From assembly GCA_013288325.1 (NCBI GenBank), contig JABDCB010000008.1, forward strand, positions 1,620-65,619: a stretch of 64,000 nucleotides of DNA, in the 5' to 3' direction. Numbering within the stretch: the first letter of the stretch is position 1; each line of letters starts with the position of its first letter. This document shows, piece by piece, positions 39,726-48,660 of the stretch. The stretch is from Bacteroidota bacterium (GTDB lineage Bacteria; Bacteroidota; Bacteroidia; Palsa-965). Position numbers and translations under genes: made by a program. Under the pieces are notes generated by a model. The model was given only the letters and a program-made list of their open reading frames with translations. It was not told the DNA's origin and made no database searches.

Positions 39726-40691
39726 TCACATATCAAATCCGGGGCACTGGGCAATACGATCGGCAGGGATACGGTCGGGTACTGCATTGGGTGTAAAACC
39801 GAAGATCGCTTCCTGTGAGTTGGCGGCAGCCGATGAAAACCGGGAAACAGAATAGTCATATGCCAAACCGAGGACAATTTTATCCTTCATCAGATGAAAC
39901 TGAAGCATCATTGCAATGGCATCCTGACTGCGATACGAAACGCCAACGCCTATCATATGGTGATAAAAAACCAGCATATTTACATCGGCTGTAGGAATAA
40001 AGGTGACCGAAGAACGGATTTGTACGGAAGGCATAAAAGTCCACGCATAATTAGCCGATTCAAAGCGCTTACCCATGGTAAAAAACCAATCTGGCCATAA
40101 CCTGTTCTTCACCCCTACCGCTTTAACACCATCCACATTCACCGTTTTATTGGCGGTAGCTTGTTTAAGCGAGAAATCGAAATAAACTCTTTTGGAATGA
40201 AGACGAATACCGGGATTAATAATAGGAAAAATAAAAACAGAAGCCGGATATTGATACAAGGCAGGATCGGCAGCATCAAACAGGGATCCATCCAGGGTGT
40301 ATTGCATAAAGCCTACCGAAACGCCGGCAGAAAGAATAAAACCTTTTGCCAGCCGGATATGATATGCATAGCTGACACTGGCCGATTTGGTGGCTACCAA
40401 ACCCGATCTGTCTTCTTCTACATAAGCACCTATACCATGCCATCCTTTATAAAAACCTTTTTTTCCGATGGACTGAGAGAAGCCGGCAAAATTATTTACC
40501 GGAGCATTCGGAAAACCTACCCATTGCGACCGGCGACCAGCAATAAATTCAAGTGGTCCACGCTCTCCAACATAAGCCGGATTCAACCCAATTTCATTGA
40601 GCATGTATTGGGTGTATTGCGCGGACTGCTGTGCCACGGCATTTTTTCCCAGCATCAGCAAACACAATATTACAATCCCTGTTGATTTCAT
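39726..40691 (-). CDS. PorP/SprF family type IX secretion system membrane protein
   Basis: Signal peptide followed by QQSAQYTQYMLNEIGLNPAYVG, the PorP/SprF N-terminal signature. Beta-barrel-like composition. It overlaps the upstream type-B CTD gene by 4 nt. Confidence 0.85.
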   Translation of the reverse strand: MKSTGIVILCLLMLGKNAVAQQSAQYTQYMLNEIGLNPAYVGERGPLEFIAGRRSQWVGFPNAPVNNFAGFSQSIGKKGFYKGWHGIGAYVEEDRSGLVATKSASVSYAYHIRLAKGFILSAGVSVGFMQYTLDGSLFDAADPALYQYPASVFIFPIINPGIRLHSKRVYFDFSLKQATANKTVNVDGVKAVGVKNRLWPDWFFTMGKRFESANYAWTFMPSVQIRSSVTFIPTADVNMLVFYHHMIGVGVSYRSQDAIAMMLQFHLMKDKIVLGLAYDYSVSRFSSAAANSQEAIFGFTPNAVPDRIPADRIAQCPGFDM

Positions 40692-41257
40692 CGGATGATG
40701 CTTACAGAACCTTTTACAATACCCTTGCCTTTATCAGAGGCATCTTTATAAATAACATAATAGTACGTACCACCGTCTACAGGTATGCCCAAATACGACA
40801 TCCCGTCCCAGGGCTCATACCAGCCTGTATGCTCCCATACCATCTGTCCCCAGCGGTTGTATACCGATACCAGTAAATGCGGGTAATATTGAATATTGTC
40901 AATAGGCCAGGTATCATGTATCCCGTCTCCGTTGGGTGTAAAGCCAGTAGAAGGACCGGGGTCGCAGCGCCACTGAAGCACATTGAGCAGAAATGCCGTA
41001 TCCTTGCCCATGCCATTGGAAATGGCTACCTGATATAAACCGGGAGCGAGGTTCATCACCGAATCACCGGAACCTCCGCAACTCCAGTAATACGTATAAG
41101 GTCCCGGTACACCGGAAACAGTAAGCTGTATAGAACCGCCTCTTCCTCCCTGCTCATTGCATACGGCCCTTGTAATGACGGTATCCACATGCCACTGTGC
41201 TTTCAGCATAGGAGAAAGGAGAGCCAGAAAAAGGAATATGCAAAAGCGATATTTCAT
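40688..41257 (-). CDS. Small T9SS type-B sorting domain protein (189 aa)
   Basis: The signal peptide is followed by the C-terminal FTPNGDGIHDTWPI...VYNRWGQMVWE...WDG...GTYYY gliding-motility CTD. Confidence 0.8.
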   Translation of the reverse strand: MKYRFCIFLFLALLSPMLKAQWHVDTVITRAVCNEQGGRGGSIQLTVSGVPGPYTYYWSCGGSGDSVMNLAPGLYQVAISNGMGKDTAFLLNVLQWRCDPGPSTGFTPNGDGIHDTWPIDNIQYYPHLLVSVYNRWGQMVWEHTGWYEPWDGMSYLGIPVDGGTYYYVIYKDASDKGKGIVKGSVSIIR

Positions 41258-41964
41258 TTACAGAATTTATCTTTTAGCTCCTGAGCGGTCAAACTTCCCA
41301 GATCAACGGCTTTGGTAATATCCTCACACGAACCGGCATGATCGCCTTTCAGATAGCGTGCAGTAGCCCGGGTTATATACATGTCTTTATTTTGAGGATC
41401 CAGCTCTATGGCCTTATTATAGTCGGTCATTGCGCCTTCATAATCTCCGCCCAAATCTTTCCAGTATCCTCTGCTATACCAGGCCTGGGTGTATTGGGGA
41501 TTATATTTAATGGCTTTATCCAGATCGGCAATCGCATCGGCATATTCATTTATCATGGCTTTGGCCAGTGCACGGTTATACCAGGCTTTTGCATTGGAGG
41601 CATTCAGATCAATGGATTTGGTCAGATCGCGGATGGCTCCGTTATAATCCTGTTTCTGAGCCTTGGCCAATCCTCTCAGATACCAGGCTTCGGTATACAA
41701 CTTATTTTTTCGGAGAGATTGATCCAGATCGTGGATAGCAGCAGTAAAATCGCCGCTCTTGCATTCTATGCTTGCTTTGAGGTATAAAGCGCTGTCGAAA
41801 TCAGCTTTCAGGGCAATACTCTTATTTACTTCTTCCAGGGCCTCTTTATTATGGCCGCCTTTGTTTTGTTCCAGTGCCGCCTGATAGTAGGAAGAAGCGC
41901 TACCCTGCGCATGATACATTGCGGGGAGGCAACACAGAATTAGGATATGGATGGCTTTTCTCAA
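41254..41964 (-). CDS. Tetratricopeptide repeat protein, secreted
   Basis: Signal peptide followed by about five TPR units (AWYLRGLAK..., AWYNRALAK..., AWYSRGYWK...). Confidence 0.85.
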   Translation of the reverse strand: MRKAIHILILCCLPAMYHAQGSASSYYQAALEQNKGGHNKEALEEVNKSIALKADFDSALYLKASIECKSGDFTAAIHDLDQSLRKNKLYTEAWYLRGLAKAQKQDYNGAIRDLTKSIDLNASNAKAWYNRALAKAMINEYADAIADLDKAIKYNPQYTQAWYSRGYWKDLGGDYEGAMTDYNKAIELDPQNKDMYITRATARYLKGDHAGSCEDITKAVDLGSLTAQELKDKFCK

Positions 41965-42011
41965 AAGGTTCAGATCTTGCTAAGATAGAAAAAAGCCTTG
42001 AATCAAAAATG

Positions 42012-44240
42012 CTAATCCAGCATATGTTCCAATGCCGTATCATATTGTTCGCGGTAGGCTTTTACACTACCGAATGATTCTCCATCCACCAACATTTCCT
42101 TCCCGTGAATAAATCCGAGTTTGGAAAATTTAATAGTATGCTTTTTAAGCTCGTCCACCACTTTCACTTCCTCTTCCTTACGTAAGCTTACTACAATTCG
42201 TCCCTGTGCTTCTCCGAACAGGAATGCATCCTTGCGTATATTTTTATCGCTATTCAGCTCAAATCCGAGATTGGATTCAAATGCTGATTCGGCAAGGGTA
42301 ACAAACAAACCTCCGTCGGATACATCGTGAGCCGACTGGATGAGCTTAGCCTTTATCAATGCCTTTACCGCCTGATGAATAGTATATTCCTCATCCAGAT
42401 TAAAATAAGGTGCAGGAGAATTTTTTACGCCGAGAAAAGAAAAAAGATATTCGGAAGACGAAATACAGTTGTGCGAATCGCCGATCATATAAATACAATC
42501 CCCTTCATTTTTGAACCCTAATGTCATCCGGTTCGTTTTATCTTCCAATATACCCAGCATACCGATGGTAGGAGTTGGGAAAACAGGGCCTTCAAATGAG
42601 CTTTGATTATAGAAACTCACATTTCCTCCCGTTACCGGCGTATGGAATTTGGTGCAGGCAGCTCCCATCCCTTTGATGGCACCTACAAATTGCCAGTATA
42701 CTTCCGGATTATACGGATTGCCGAAATTGAGACAGTTGGTAATACCGCTTGGCTCGCCACCGCTGCACGCTATGTTACGCGCTGCCTCGGCTACGGCAAT
42801 GGCACAACCTGTTTCCGGATCGGCATTTACATAACGGGCATTGCAATCGATCTTAAGCGCCAATGCTTTATTGGTTCCTCTTACATCCACAATAGCTGCA
42901 TCACTTTTTGCATTGGTACTCATGTTAACGGTACCCACCATGGAGTCGTACTGATTATACACCCATCTTTTGGAAGCGATATTGGGATGTGCAAGCAGAA
43001 ACTGAGCCACGACTTTCAGATCCTTTGGCTCTTCTACTTGTGAAATATTGAATTTTTTTGCTTCGGCAAAATAAGCCGGCTCTTTAAATTCTCTCTTATA
43101 TACGGGAGCTCCGCCACCCAATACCAGTGTATCGGCAGGTACATCGGCTACCATCTCCTTGTGCATATAATATTTAAGACGGTTGCCTTCTGTCACCTCT
43201 CCTATCTGCACACAGTTCAGATCCCATTTATCAAATACTTTCTGAACGCTGGCTTCCATTCCTTTTTTTACCACAATCAGCATACGCTCCTGTGATTCGG
43301 AAAGAAGAATTTCAAAAGGCTGCATATTCAGCTGACGGGTAGGCACCTTATCCAGCCAGATATTCATTCCATGTTCGCCTTTGGCGCTCATCTCCGATGT
43401 AGAGCAGGTAATACCGGCAGCGCCCATATCCTGCATGCCTATCACGGCACCCGTCTTGATAACTTCCAGAGACGCTTCAAGCAATAGTTTTTCCTGAAAA
43501 GGATCTCCAACCTGTACAGCCGGAAGATCTTTGGCAGAATCTTCGGTGATATCGGCAGAGGCAAATGTAGCTCCGTGGATACCATCTTTACCTGTTGCCG
43601 AACCCACAATGAAAACCGGATTGCCCACACCATACGATATAGCGGAAGCCGTTTCCCCTGCTTTTACAATACCCACACTCATGGCATTGACAAGCGGGTT
43701 GGTATTATAACATTCATCAAAAAACACTTCTCCGCCAACAGTGGGGATACCGAATGCATTTCCATAATCACCTATACCTTTTACCACGCCGCGTAAAAGC
43801 CATTTTGTTTTGTCCAGTTTAAGATCTCCGAAACGAAGGGAATTAAGCTGTGCAATAGGGCGTGCGCCCATGGTAAAGATGTCTCGGTTTATTCCACCCA
43901 CCCCGGTGGCTGCACCCTGATAAGGTTCCAGTGCAGAAGGGTGGTTATGTGATTCTATTTTAAAGGCACAACCCAGTCCATCGCCGATATCCACCAAACC
44001 GGCATTTTCTTCACCGGCTTTGGCCAGCATATGAGGTCCGTCTTTGGGCAGGGTTTTAAGCCAGGAAATGGAATTCTTATAGGAGCAATGTTCGCTCCAC
44101 ATGACAGAATAAATACTCAGTTCGGTAAAATTGGGGGTACGGCCCAGGATCTGTTTTATCTTTTCAAACTCTTCGGGTAGTAACCCGAGCTTTTTAGCTG
44201 TATCTAATGTAGGCAGGGTTTCTTTCGTTGCACTTGTCAT
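42012..44240 (-). CDS. purL: Phosphoribosylformylglycinamidine synthase subunit PurL
   Basis: 742 aa with duplicated AIR-synthase-like domains. Motifs include [28 protein letters not shown] and DVSDGGL. Confidence 0.95.
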   Translation of the reverse strand: MTSATKETLPTLDTAKKLGLLPEEFEKIKQILGRTPNFTELSIYSVMWSEHCSYKNSISWLKTLPKDGPHMLAKAGEENAGLVDIGDGLGCAFKIESHNHPSALEPYQGAATGVGGINRDIFTMGARPIAQLNSLRFGDLKLDKTKWLLRGVVKGIGDYGNAFGIPTVGGEVFFDECYNTNPLVNAMSVGIVKAGETASAISYGVGNPVFIVGSATGKDGIHGATFASADITEDSAKDLPAVQVGDPFQEKLLLEASLEVIKTGAVIGMQDMGAAGITCSTSEMSAKGEHGMNIWLDKVPTRQLNMQPFEILLSESQERMLIVVKKGMEASVQKVFDKWDLNCVQIGEVTEGNRLKYYMHKEMVADVPADTLVLGGGAPVYKREFKEPAYFAEAKKFNISQVEEPKDLKVVAQFLLAHPNIASKRWVYNQYDSMVGTVNMSTNAKSDAAIVDVRGTNKALALKIDCNARYVNADPETGCAIAVAEAARNIACSGGEPSGITNCLNFGNPYNPEVYWQFVGAIKGMGAACTKFHTPVTGGNVSFYNQSSFEGPVFPTPTIGMLGILEDKTNRMTLGFKNEGDCIYMIGDSHNCISSSEYLFSFLGVKNSPAPYFNLDEEYTIHQAVKALIKAKLIQSAHDVSDGGLFVTLAESAFESNLGFELNSDKNIRKDAFLFGEAQGRIVVSLRKEEEVKVVDELKKHTIKFSKLGFIHGKEMLVDGESFGSVKAYREQYDTALEHMLD

Positions 44241-44264
44241 GATATACCTGATTTAGAAGGAAAA

Positions 44265-44272
44265 CAAAATTA
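44265..44272 (-). promoter_or_regulatory. Candidate Bacteroidota -7 box (TAnnTTTG) for purL
   Basis: TAATTTTG on the minus strand ends about 24 nt upstream of the purL ATG (44240). Confidence 0.3.
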
Positions 44273-44380
44273 AACATCCAGGAAGATTGAGGCCTTAAAA
44301 AGGAGTTTAATTTTCAACAGGGGTGTTGGAAGTGTAAGTGACTAATAAACAGGGCATTTAACTACCAAATAGAAGTTTAA

Positions 44381-44491
44381 GTCCTCCCCCTGCCCCCTCC
44401 GGAGGGGGACAGGAGTCGCCCCCCTTATAGAGGAGGATAGACTTGAAAGGATACGAATGCTATCCCCCTTTGGAGGGGGCAGGGGGAGGAC
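44381..44491. repeat. MITE/REP-like palindromic element, copy 1 (111 bp, perfect 20-bp terminal inverted repeats)
   Basis: GTCCTCCCCCTGCCCCCTCC (44381-44400) is the exact reverse complement of GGAGGGGGCAGGGGGAGGAC (44472-44491). Internal CCCCCTCCGGAGGGGG and CCCCCTTTGGAGGGGG palindromes are present. It is homologous to 55199-55312. Confidence 0.6.
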
Positions 44492-44506
44492 ATGAGTCCA
44501 TTTTCC

Positions 44507-44842
44507 ATGTACACAAACCCTATCTCCTCGTCCACTTTTACCACCTCCTTGTCCGCAAATACCTCCTGCAGGTACACCGATTCTTACAAAACCTTCACCT
44601 TTACCTCCTCCCGGTACACAAATCCTGTCTCCAACTACACCGATCCTTACTAAAGCTTCACCGATACCACCTATAAGTACACAAATCCTATCTCCAACAA
44701 CACCGATTTGTACTAAAACTTCACCGATAGGATCTCTTCCTTCACGAATTGTATCTCCAGGTACGCCGATGCCATCTCCATGTTCAAGTATACCACCTCC
44801 TCCTTCACGAATTGTATCTCCTCTTTCACCGATTGTATCTCC
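44507..44842 (-). repeat. 16 consecutive degenerate 21-bp (7-codon) repeats with 63-bp super-periodicity
   Basis: The minus frame reads GDTIGER GDTIREG GGGILEH GDGIGVP GDTIREG RDPIGEV LVQIGVV GDRICVL IGGIGEA LVRIGVV GDRICVP GGGKGEG FVRIGVP AGGICGQ GGGKSGR GDRVCVH. A 20-bp perfect direct repeat at 44739-44758 and 44802-44821 is spaced 63 bp apart. Confidence 0.8.
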
Positions 44843-45082
44843 ATCTATAGCTGTAGCACCTGTTCGTGAGAGGGTACATGCTCTGTTCGTGAATTTTGAT
44901 CGAATTTGCGGACATTTTGACAGGATTTCTATACCCCGAGATCATATCGGTGAGGATGTAGAACGTCTTCTTTTACAAAAAGGAACATTTTGTGAATGAG
45001 TAGATACTCCTCGCGTAGCGAAAGGACAAATTCCTGAATAAGTTGTTAGAATTTGTGACAAAAAAGACAATTCTCTTCACGG

Positions 45083-45175
45083 GGAGATACAATCGGTGAA
45101 CCTGGAGCACCTTTTCCTTTAGCTTGAGGTGGTATCGGTGTAGCTTGAGGTGGTATAGCTATAGGTACACCACCT
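45083..45175 (+). repeat. Inverted partial copy of the heptad-repeat array
   Basis: GGAGATACAATCGGTGAA (45083-45100) is the exact reverse complement of 44825-44842. 45128-45146 matches the reverse complement of 44653-44671 at 18/19. The plus frame reads GDTIGEP GAPFPLA *GGIGVA *GGIAIG. Confidence 0.75.
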
Positions 45176-45269
45176 ATTCGCAAATTTCAGAATAATATTT
45201 GCTGACAGATTGTCAAAAACGGGCCGGGATGCCTTGCCCCTTTTTCTTTTATCTTTGAAAACTGCACCT

Positions 45270-46790
45270 ATGGAACTCCTGCTGACGGTATTTTATTCCT
45301 TTCTCTTTATCCTGATCATTTACCGGATAAAGTTTTTTCATCTGGAACACTTTTCACCCAAAATTGTTTCCGGTGTATTTCTGCTGAAGGTATTATTCGG
45401 GGTTTTGTTGTGGTGGATCTATACCTATTATTATACAGACCGGTCCACCGCCGATATCTACAAATATTTTGACGACAGCAATATCATGTTTGATGCGCTA
45501 CGCAAAAAACCTCAGGATTTTTTCCGCATGCTATTCGGTGTGGGCAACAATACTCCTTATTTCGACCGGTATTATGTGCAGATGCATAACTGGGCCAGGC
45601 AGTATGAAAGCAATTTATACAACGACAGTCATACCATTATCCGTTTTAATGCCCTGCTTCGTATTTTTTCGTTCGGATATTATCAGGTTCACTCTGTTTT
45701 TCTTTGTTTTCTTTCCCTCACGGGGCTCATCGGTATTTACCGGGTATTTTCTCCTTTGCTTCCGGGAAAGGAAAAACTTTGCTTTCTGCTCATCTTCCTG
45801 ATGCCTTCGGTATTATTCTGGGGTTCGGGGGTATTAAAAGAAGGGATCCTGTTTTTCGGGATGGGACTCTTGCTTTATAACTGGAAAAAAGTGTGGTTTG
45901 AAAGATGGACCGTCTTGTCTCTCTTCTGGATCGCATGCAGCCTTGTCCTGCTCCTGGCCACCAAGTTCTATATTCTGGTATCGCTGGTCCCCGCCTTGTT
46001 GTATATGGCCTGGATCGGGTTTGCGGGTACACGGCGTCCTGTATTAAAATTCCTGGTTGTGATGCTGTTCTTTTCCGGTTTGGGAGCTGCGGTCAAATAT
46101 GGCATTCCAGCCTACGATCCCTTACAAGTATTGTCCATCAAGCAACGGGATTTTAACTCCCTGGCACGGGGAGGTCTGTTGCTACGCTGTGATACAGCCA
46201 TTGTTTTTCTGAGTCTGGAACAAAAAGAAAAGGATCTGGATCAACAAAGCGGTGGAGGAAAAATTTATACGATTAAACCGGGAACAAAATTTGCCTACTG
46301 GCACGATTACTATGCCACCGAAGATACCTCCTTTGGCATACAGCAAGGGCCATCCGACAAATACCGCATAGAAAGCGATATGCCCCGATCGGGAAGCCTT
46401 ATTAACATACATCCCCTTGAGCCCACCATCACTTCCTTTTTGCGCACCGCCCCGGCAGCCCTTATAAACAGTCTGTTTCGTCCATTTATTACCGAAGCCC
46501 ACGGCCCTTTGCTACTGCTTTCCGCATTGGAAACAACAGCCTATTCGGTATTTATCCTGCTCTGTCTTATTTATAGAAAAAGATCAGGCATTCCATGGGA
46601 ATGGATTTTCTTCTGTCTGTCGTTTGTAGGGGTGTTATATGTAATCACCGGGCTTACCACACCTATACTGGGCGCACTGGTCCGGTACAAAGTACCCGGT
46701 ATTCCGTTCCTGCTCATCGCCTTTCTCTTTTTGCTGGATAAAGACCGGCTTGTGAAAAGCTTCCCTTTTCTGAAAAAGGTTGTTGAATAA
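45270..46790 (+). CDS. Polytopic integral membrane protein, unknown function
   Basis: At least 10 hydrophobic segments with a central soluble loop. I recognise no family. The ATG at 45270 is preferred over the TTG at 45210. Confidence 0.6.
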   Translation: MELLLTVFYSFLFILIIYRIKFFHLEHFSPKIVSGVFLLKVLFGVLLWWIYTYYYTDRSTADIYKYFDDSNIMFDALRKKPQDFFRMLFGVGNNTPYFDRYYVQMHNWARQYESNLYNDSHTIIRFNALLRIFSFGYYQVHSVFLCFLSLTGLIGIYRVFSPLLPGKEKLCFLLIFLMPSVLFWGSGVLKEGILFFGMGLLLYNWKKVWFERWTVLSLFWIACSLVLLLATKFYILVSLVPALLYMAWIGFAGTRRPVLKFLVVMLFFSGLGAAVKYGIPAYDPLQVLSIKQRDFNSLARGGLLLRCDTAIVFLSLEQKEKDLDQQSGGGKIYTIKPGTKFAYWHDYYATEDTSFGIQQGPSDKYRIESDMPRSGSLINIHPLEPTITSFLRTAPAALINSLFRPFITEAHGPLLLLSALETTAYSVFILLCLIYRKRSGIPWEWIFFCLSFVGVLYVITGLTTPILGALVRYKVPGIPFLLIAFLFLLDKDRLVKSFPFLKKVVE

Positions 46791-46828
46791 TAATTTTTCT
46801 ACTTTTGACGCGAACCTAATTTTGAAGA

Positions 46829-48574
46829 ATGAATTTCAAGGACCTGTTCAGAAAAAAAACAGTTGAAAATATATTGAAGCAGGCAGCTTCCGGTTACGAA
46901 GGGGAAGAACATGTTCCCTTGTCAAAACATTTGGGTGTACGTGATCTTACCGCTTTTGGTATTGCAGCTATTATAGGAGCCGGTATATTTTCTACCATAG
47001 GTACAGCAAGTGCCGATGGAGGCCCCGCCGTTATTTTTCTGTTCATCTTTACCGCTTTGGCCTGTGGCTTTGCTGCCTTTGCTTATGCCGAGTTTGCTTC
47101 CATGGTTCCTGTTTCGGGAAGCGCCTATACCTATTCTTACGTAGCATTCGGAGAACTCATCGCCTGGATCATAGGCTGGGCCCTGATTATGGAATATGCC
47201 GTTGGAAATATAACGGTAGCGGTATCCTGGTCTGACTATTTTACCGGCTTGCTCGATACCATTCATATAGACTGGCTGGGCATACCTCATGGCATACATG
47301 TACCGGAGTGGGCAAGTATTGATTATGTTTCGGCATCGGCCGGTTTCAAAGATGCTACCGAAGCCCTGGCCAAAGGAACCGCTATGGCCGATCTGCCAGC
47401 CAATACACAAACCGGTTATCTGGCCTGGCTCCATGCTCCTACCATTGGAGGCTTTCACCTTATTGCCGATATCCCTGCCATTGTTATTATTATCCTTATC
47501 ACCATGCTGGTTTATATCGGTATCAAGGAAACAAAAAATGCCAGTAATGCCATGGTGGTGGTTAAGCTTGCAGTGGTATTGCTGGTGATAGCCATCGGTA
47601 TTTTTCATGTGGATGTGGAAAACTGGAAACCGTTCTGGCCACATGGATTGGGAGGGGTGATGAAAGGAGTATCGGCCGTTTTCTTTGCCTATATCGGTTT
47701 TGATGCTATCTCTACCACTGCCGAAGAATGCAAAAACCCCGAACGCGATTTACCAAGGGGTATCATGTATGCCATCATCATCTGTACCATCCTCTATATT
47801 ATAGTAGCTCTTGTATTAACAGGGATGATGAAATCCGATTCGCTGGCAGTAGGTGATCCGCTTTCTTTTGTGTTTCAGAAACTGCATATGAAATGGCTTT
47901 CGGGAATTATTGCGGTAAGTGCCGTTATAGCTATGACCAGTGTATTACTTGTTTATCAGCTGGGACAGCCGCGTATCTGGATGAGCATGAGCCGGGATGG
48001 GTTATTACCCAAAGCATTTTCACGTATCCATCCCAAACATAAAACACCCTCTTTTGCCACCATCGTTACCGGATTTGTAGTGGCGGTGCCTACCCTTTTT
48101 ATTCCCAGCGATATGGTACTGAACCTGTGTAGCATGGGTACCTTGTTTGCCTTTGTACTGGTATGCGGAGGCGTGCTGATGCTCCAAAACCGAACCGATA
48201 TACCACGCGGAAAATTCCGCACTCCTTACATCAACTCCCGCTATATTGTTCCGGGCATGGCAGCATTAGGTGTTATCTTAATAGGGGTATACGGCATGCA
48301 ATGGTTAAAAGATTTTTTCTCCTATGGAAGCTGGGATGCGTTTAAAGACAAGATACCCATGTATCTCTTTTTGGTTCTTTGTGCCGTCATCACCTTTTTC
48401 TCTTTCGTCAATAAACTATCTCTGATTCCTGTACTGGGTCTTATCTTTTGTTTTTATATGATGGCCCAGATACCGCTTTCGAGCTGGTTTTATTTTATGC
48501 TATGGCTGATTGCCGGTTTGTTTATTTATTTCGGATTCAGTCGTAAGAACAGCAGGCTTCACGTACGTAGCTGA
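46829..48574 (+). CDS. Amino acid permease (APC superfamily, cationic amino acid transporter-like)
   Basis: 581 aa with about 14 TM segments. The N-terminal GIAAIIGAGIFSTIG block is typical of the APC family. Confidence 0.9.
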   Translation: MNFKDLFRKKTVENILKQAASGYEGEEHVPLSKHLGVRDLTAFGIAAIIGAGIFSTIGTASADGGPAVIFLFIFTALACGFAAFAYAEFASMVPVSGSAYTYSYVAFGELIAWIIGWALIMEYAVGNITVAVSWSDYFTGLLDTIHIDWLGIPHGIHVPEWASIDYVSASAGFKDATEALAKGTAMADLPANTQTGYLAWLHAPTIGGFHLIADIPAIVIIILITMLVYIGIKETKNASNAMVVVKLAVVLLVIAIGIFHVDVENWKPFWPHGLGGVMKGVSAVFFAYIGFDAISTTAEECKNPERDLPRGIMYAIIICTILYIIVALVLTGMMKSDSLAVGDPLSFVFQKLHMKWLSGIIAVSAVIAMTSVLLVYQLGQPRIWMSMSRDGLLPKAFSRIHPKHKTPSFATIVTGFVVAVPTLFIPSDMVLNLCSMGTLFAFVLVCGGVLMLQNRTDIPRGKFRTPYINSRYIVPGMAALGVILIGVYGMQWLKDFFSYGSWDAFKDKIPMYLFLVLCAVITFFSFVNKLSLIPVLGLIFCFYMMAQIPLSSWFYFMLWLIAGLFIYFGFSRKNSRLHVRS

Positions 48575-48660
48575 AGAAAGGGACAAAACCAAGTCTTTTT
48601 TACTGTGCGATTTTCCTTACCTTTCTGCTGAAAACACAGCTTATCAATGGAACCCTTACT

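Larger units (their letters stand above)
44345..44941 (-). pseudogene. Possible relic of a heptad-repeat protein gene (199-codon open frame without ATG/GTG/TTG)
   Basis: The frame is open from stop to stop, with 65 of the 112 repeat codons starting with G (hand count). It has no canonical start codon, and its 3' part runs through the MITE-like element. Confidence 0.3.

Noticed and set aside
44507-44842. The tandem repeat array as a possible CRISPR array.
   Set aside because: The repeats are contiguous 21/63-bp units with no unique spacers. They are degenerate rather than near-identical. No cas genes are present.
44443-44999. Plus-strand ORFs 44443..44676 (77 aa) and 44769..44999 (76 aa) as real genes.
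   Set aside because: The first starts inside the MITE-like element and is a repetitive H/L/Y-rich read of the 21-bp repeats. The second is the tail of a longer start-less open frame. Neither has a credible N-terminus or family motif. They are discussed as part of the repeat-relic finding instead.
44843-45082. The segment bracketed by 18-bp perfect inverted repeats as a phase-variable invertible promoter.
   Set aside because: No site-specific recombinase gene is in the window. In-silico inversion does not place a start codon or an obvious promoter in front of either open frame. It is kept only as a low-probability alternative under the finding.
45125-45148. In-phase TGA codons as evidence for TGA=Gly recoding (genetic code 25).
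   Set aside because: Clearly intact genes in the window terminate at TGA. One example is the family-5 SBP at 1687-1685, which is immediately followed by the next gene's ATG. TGA is therefore a stop codon in this genome.
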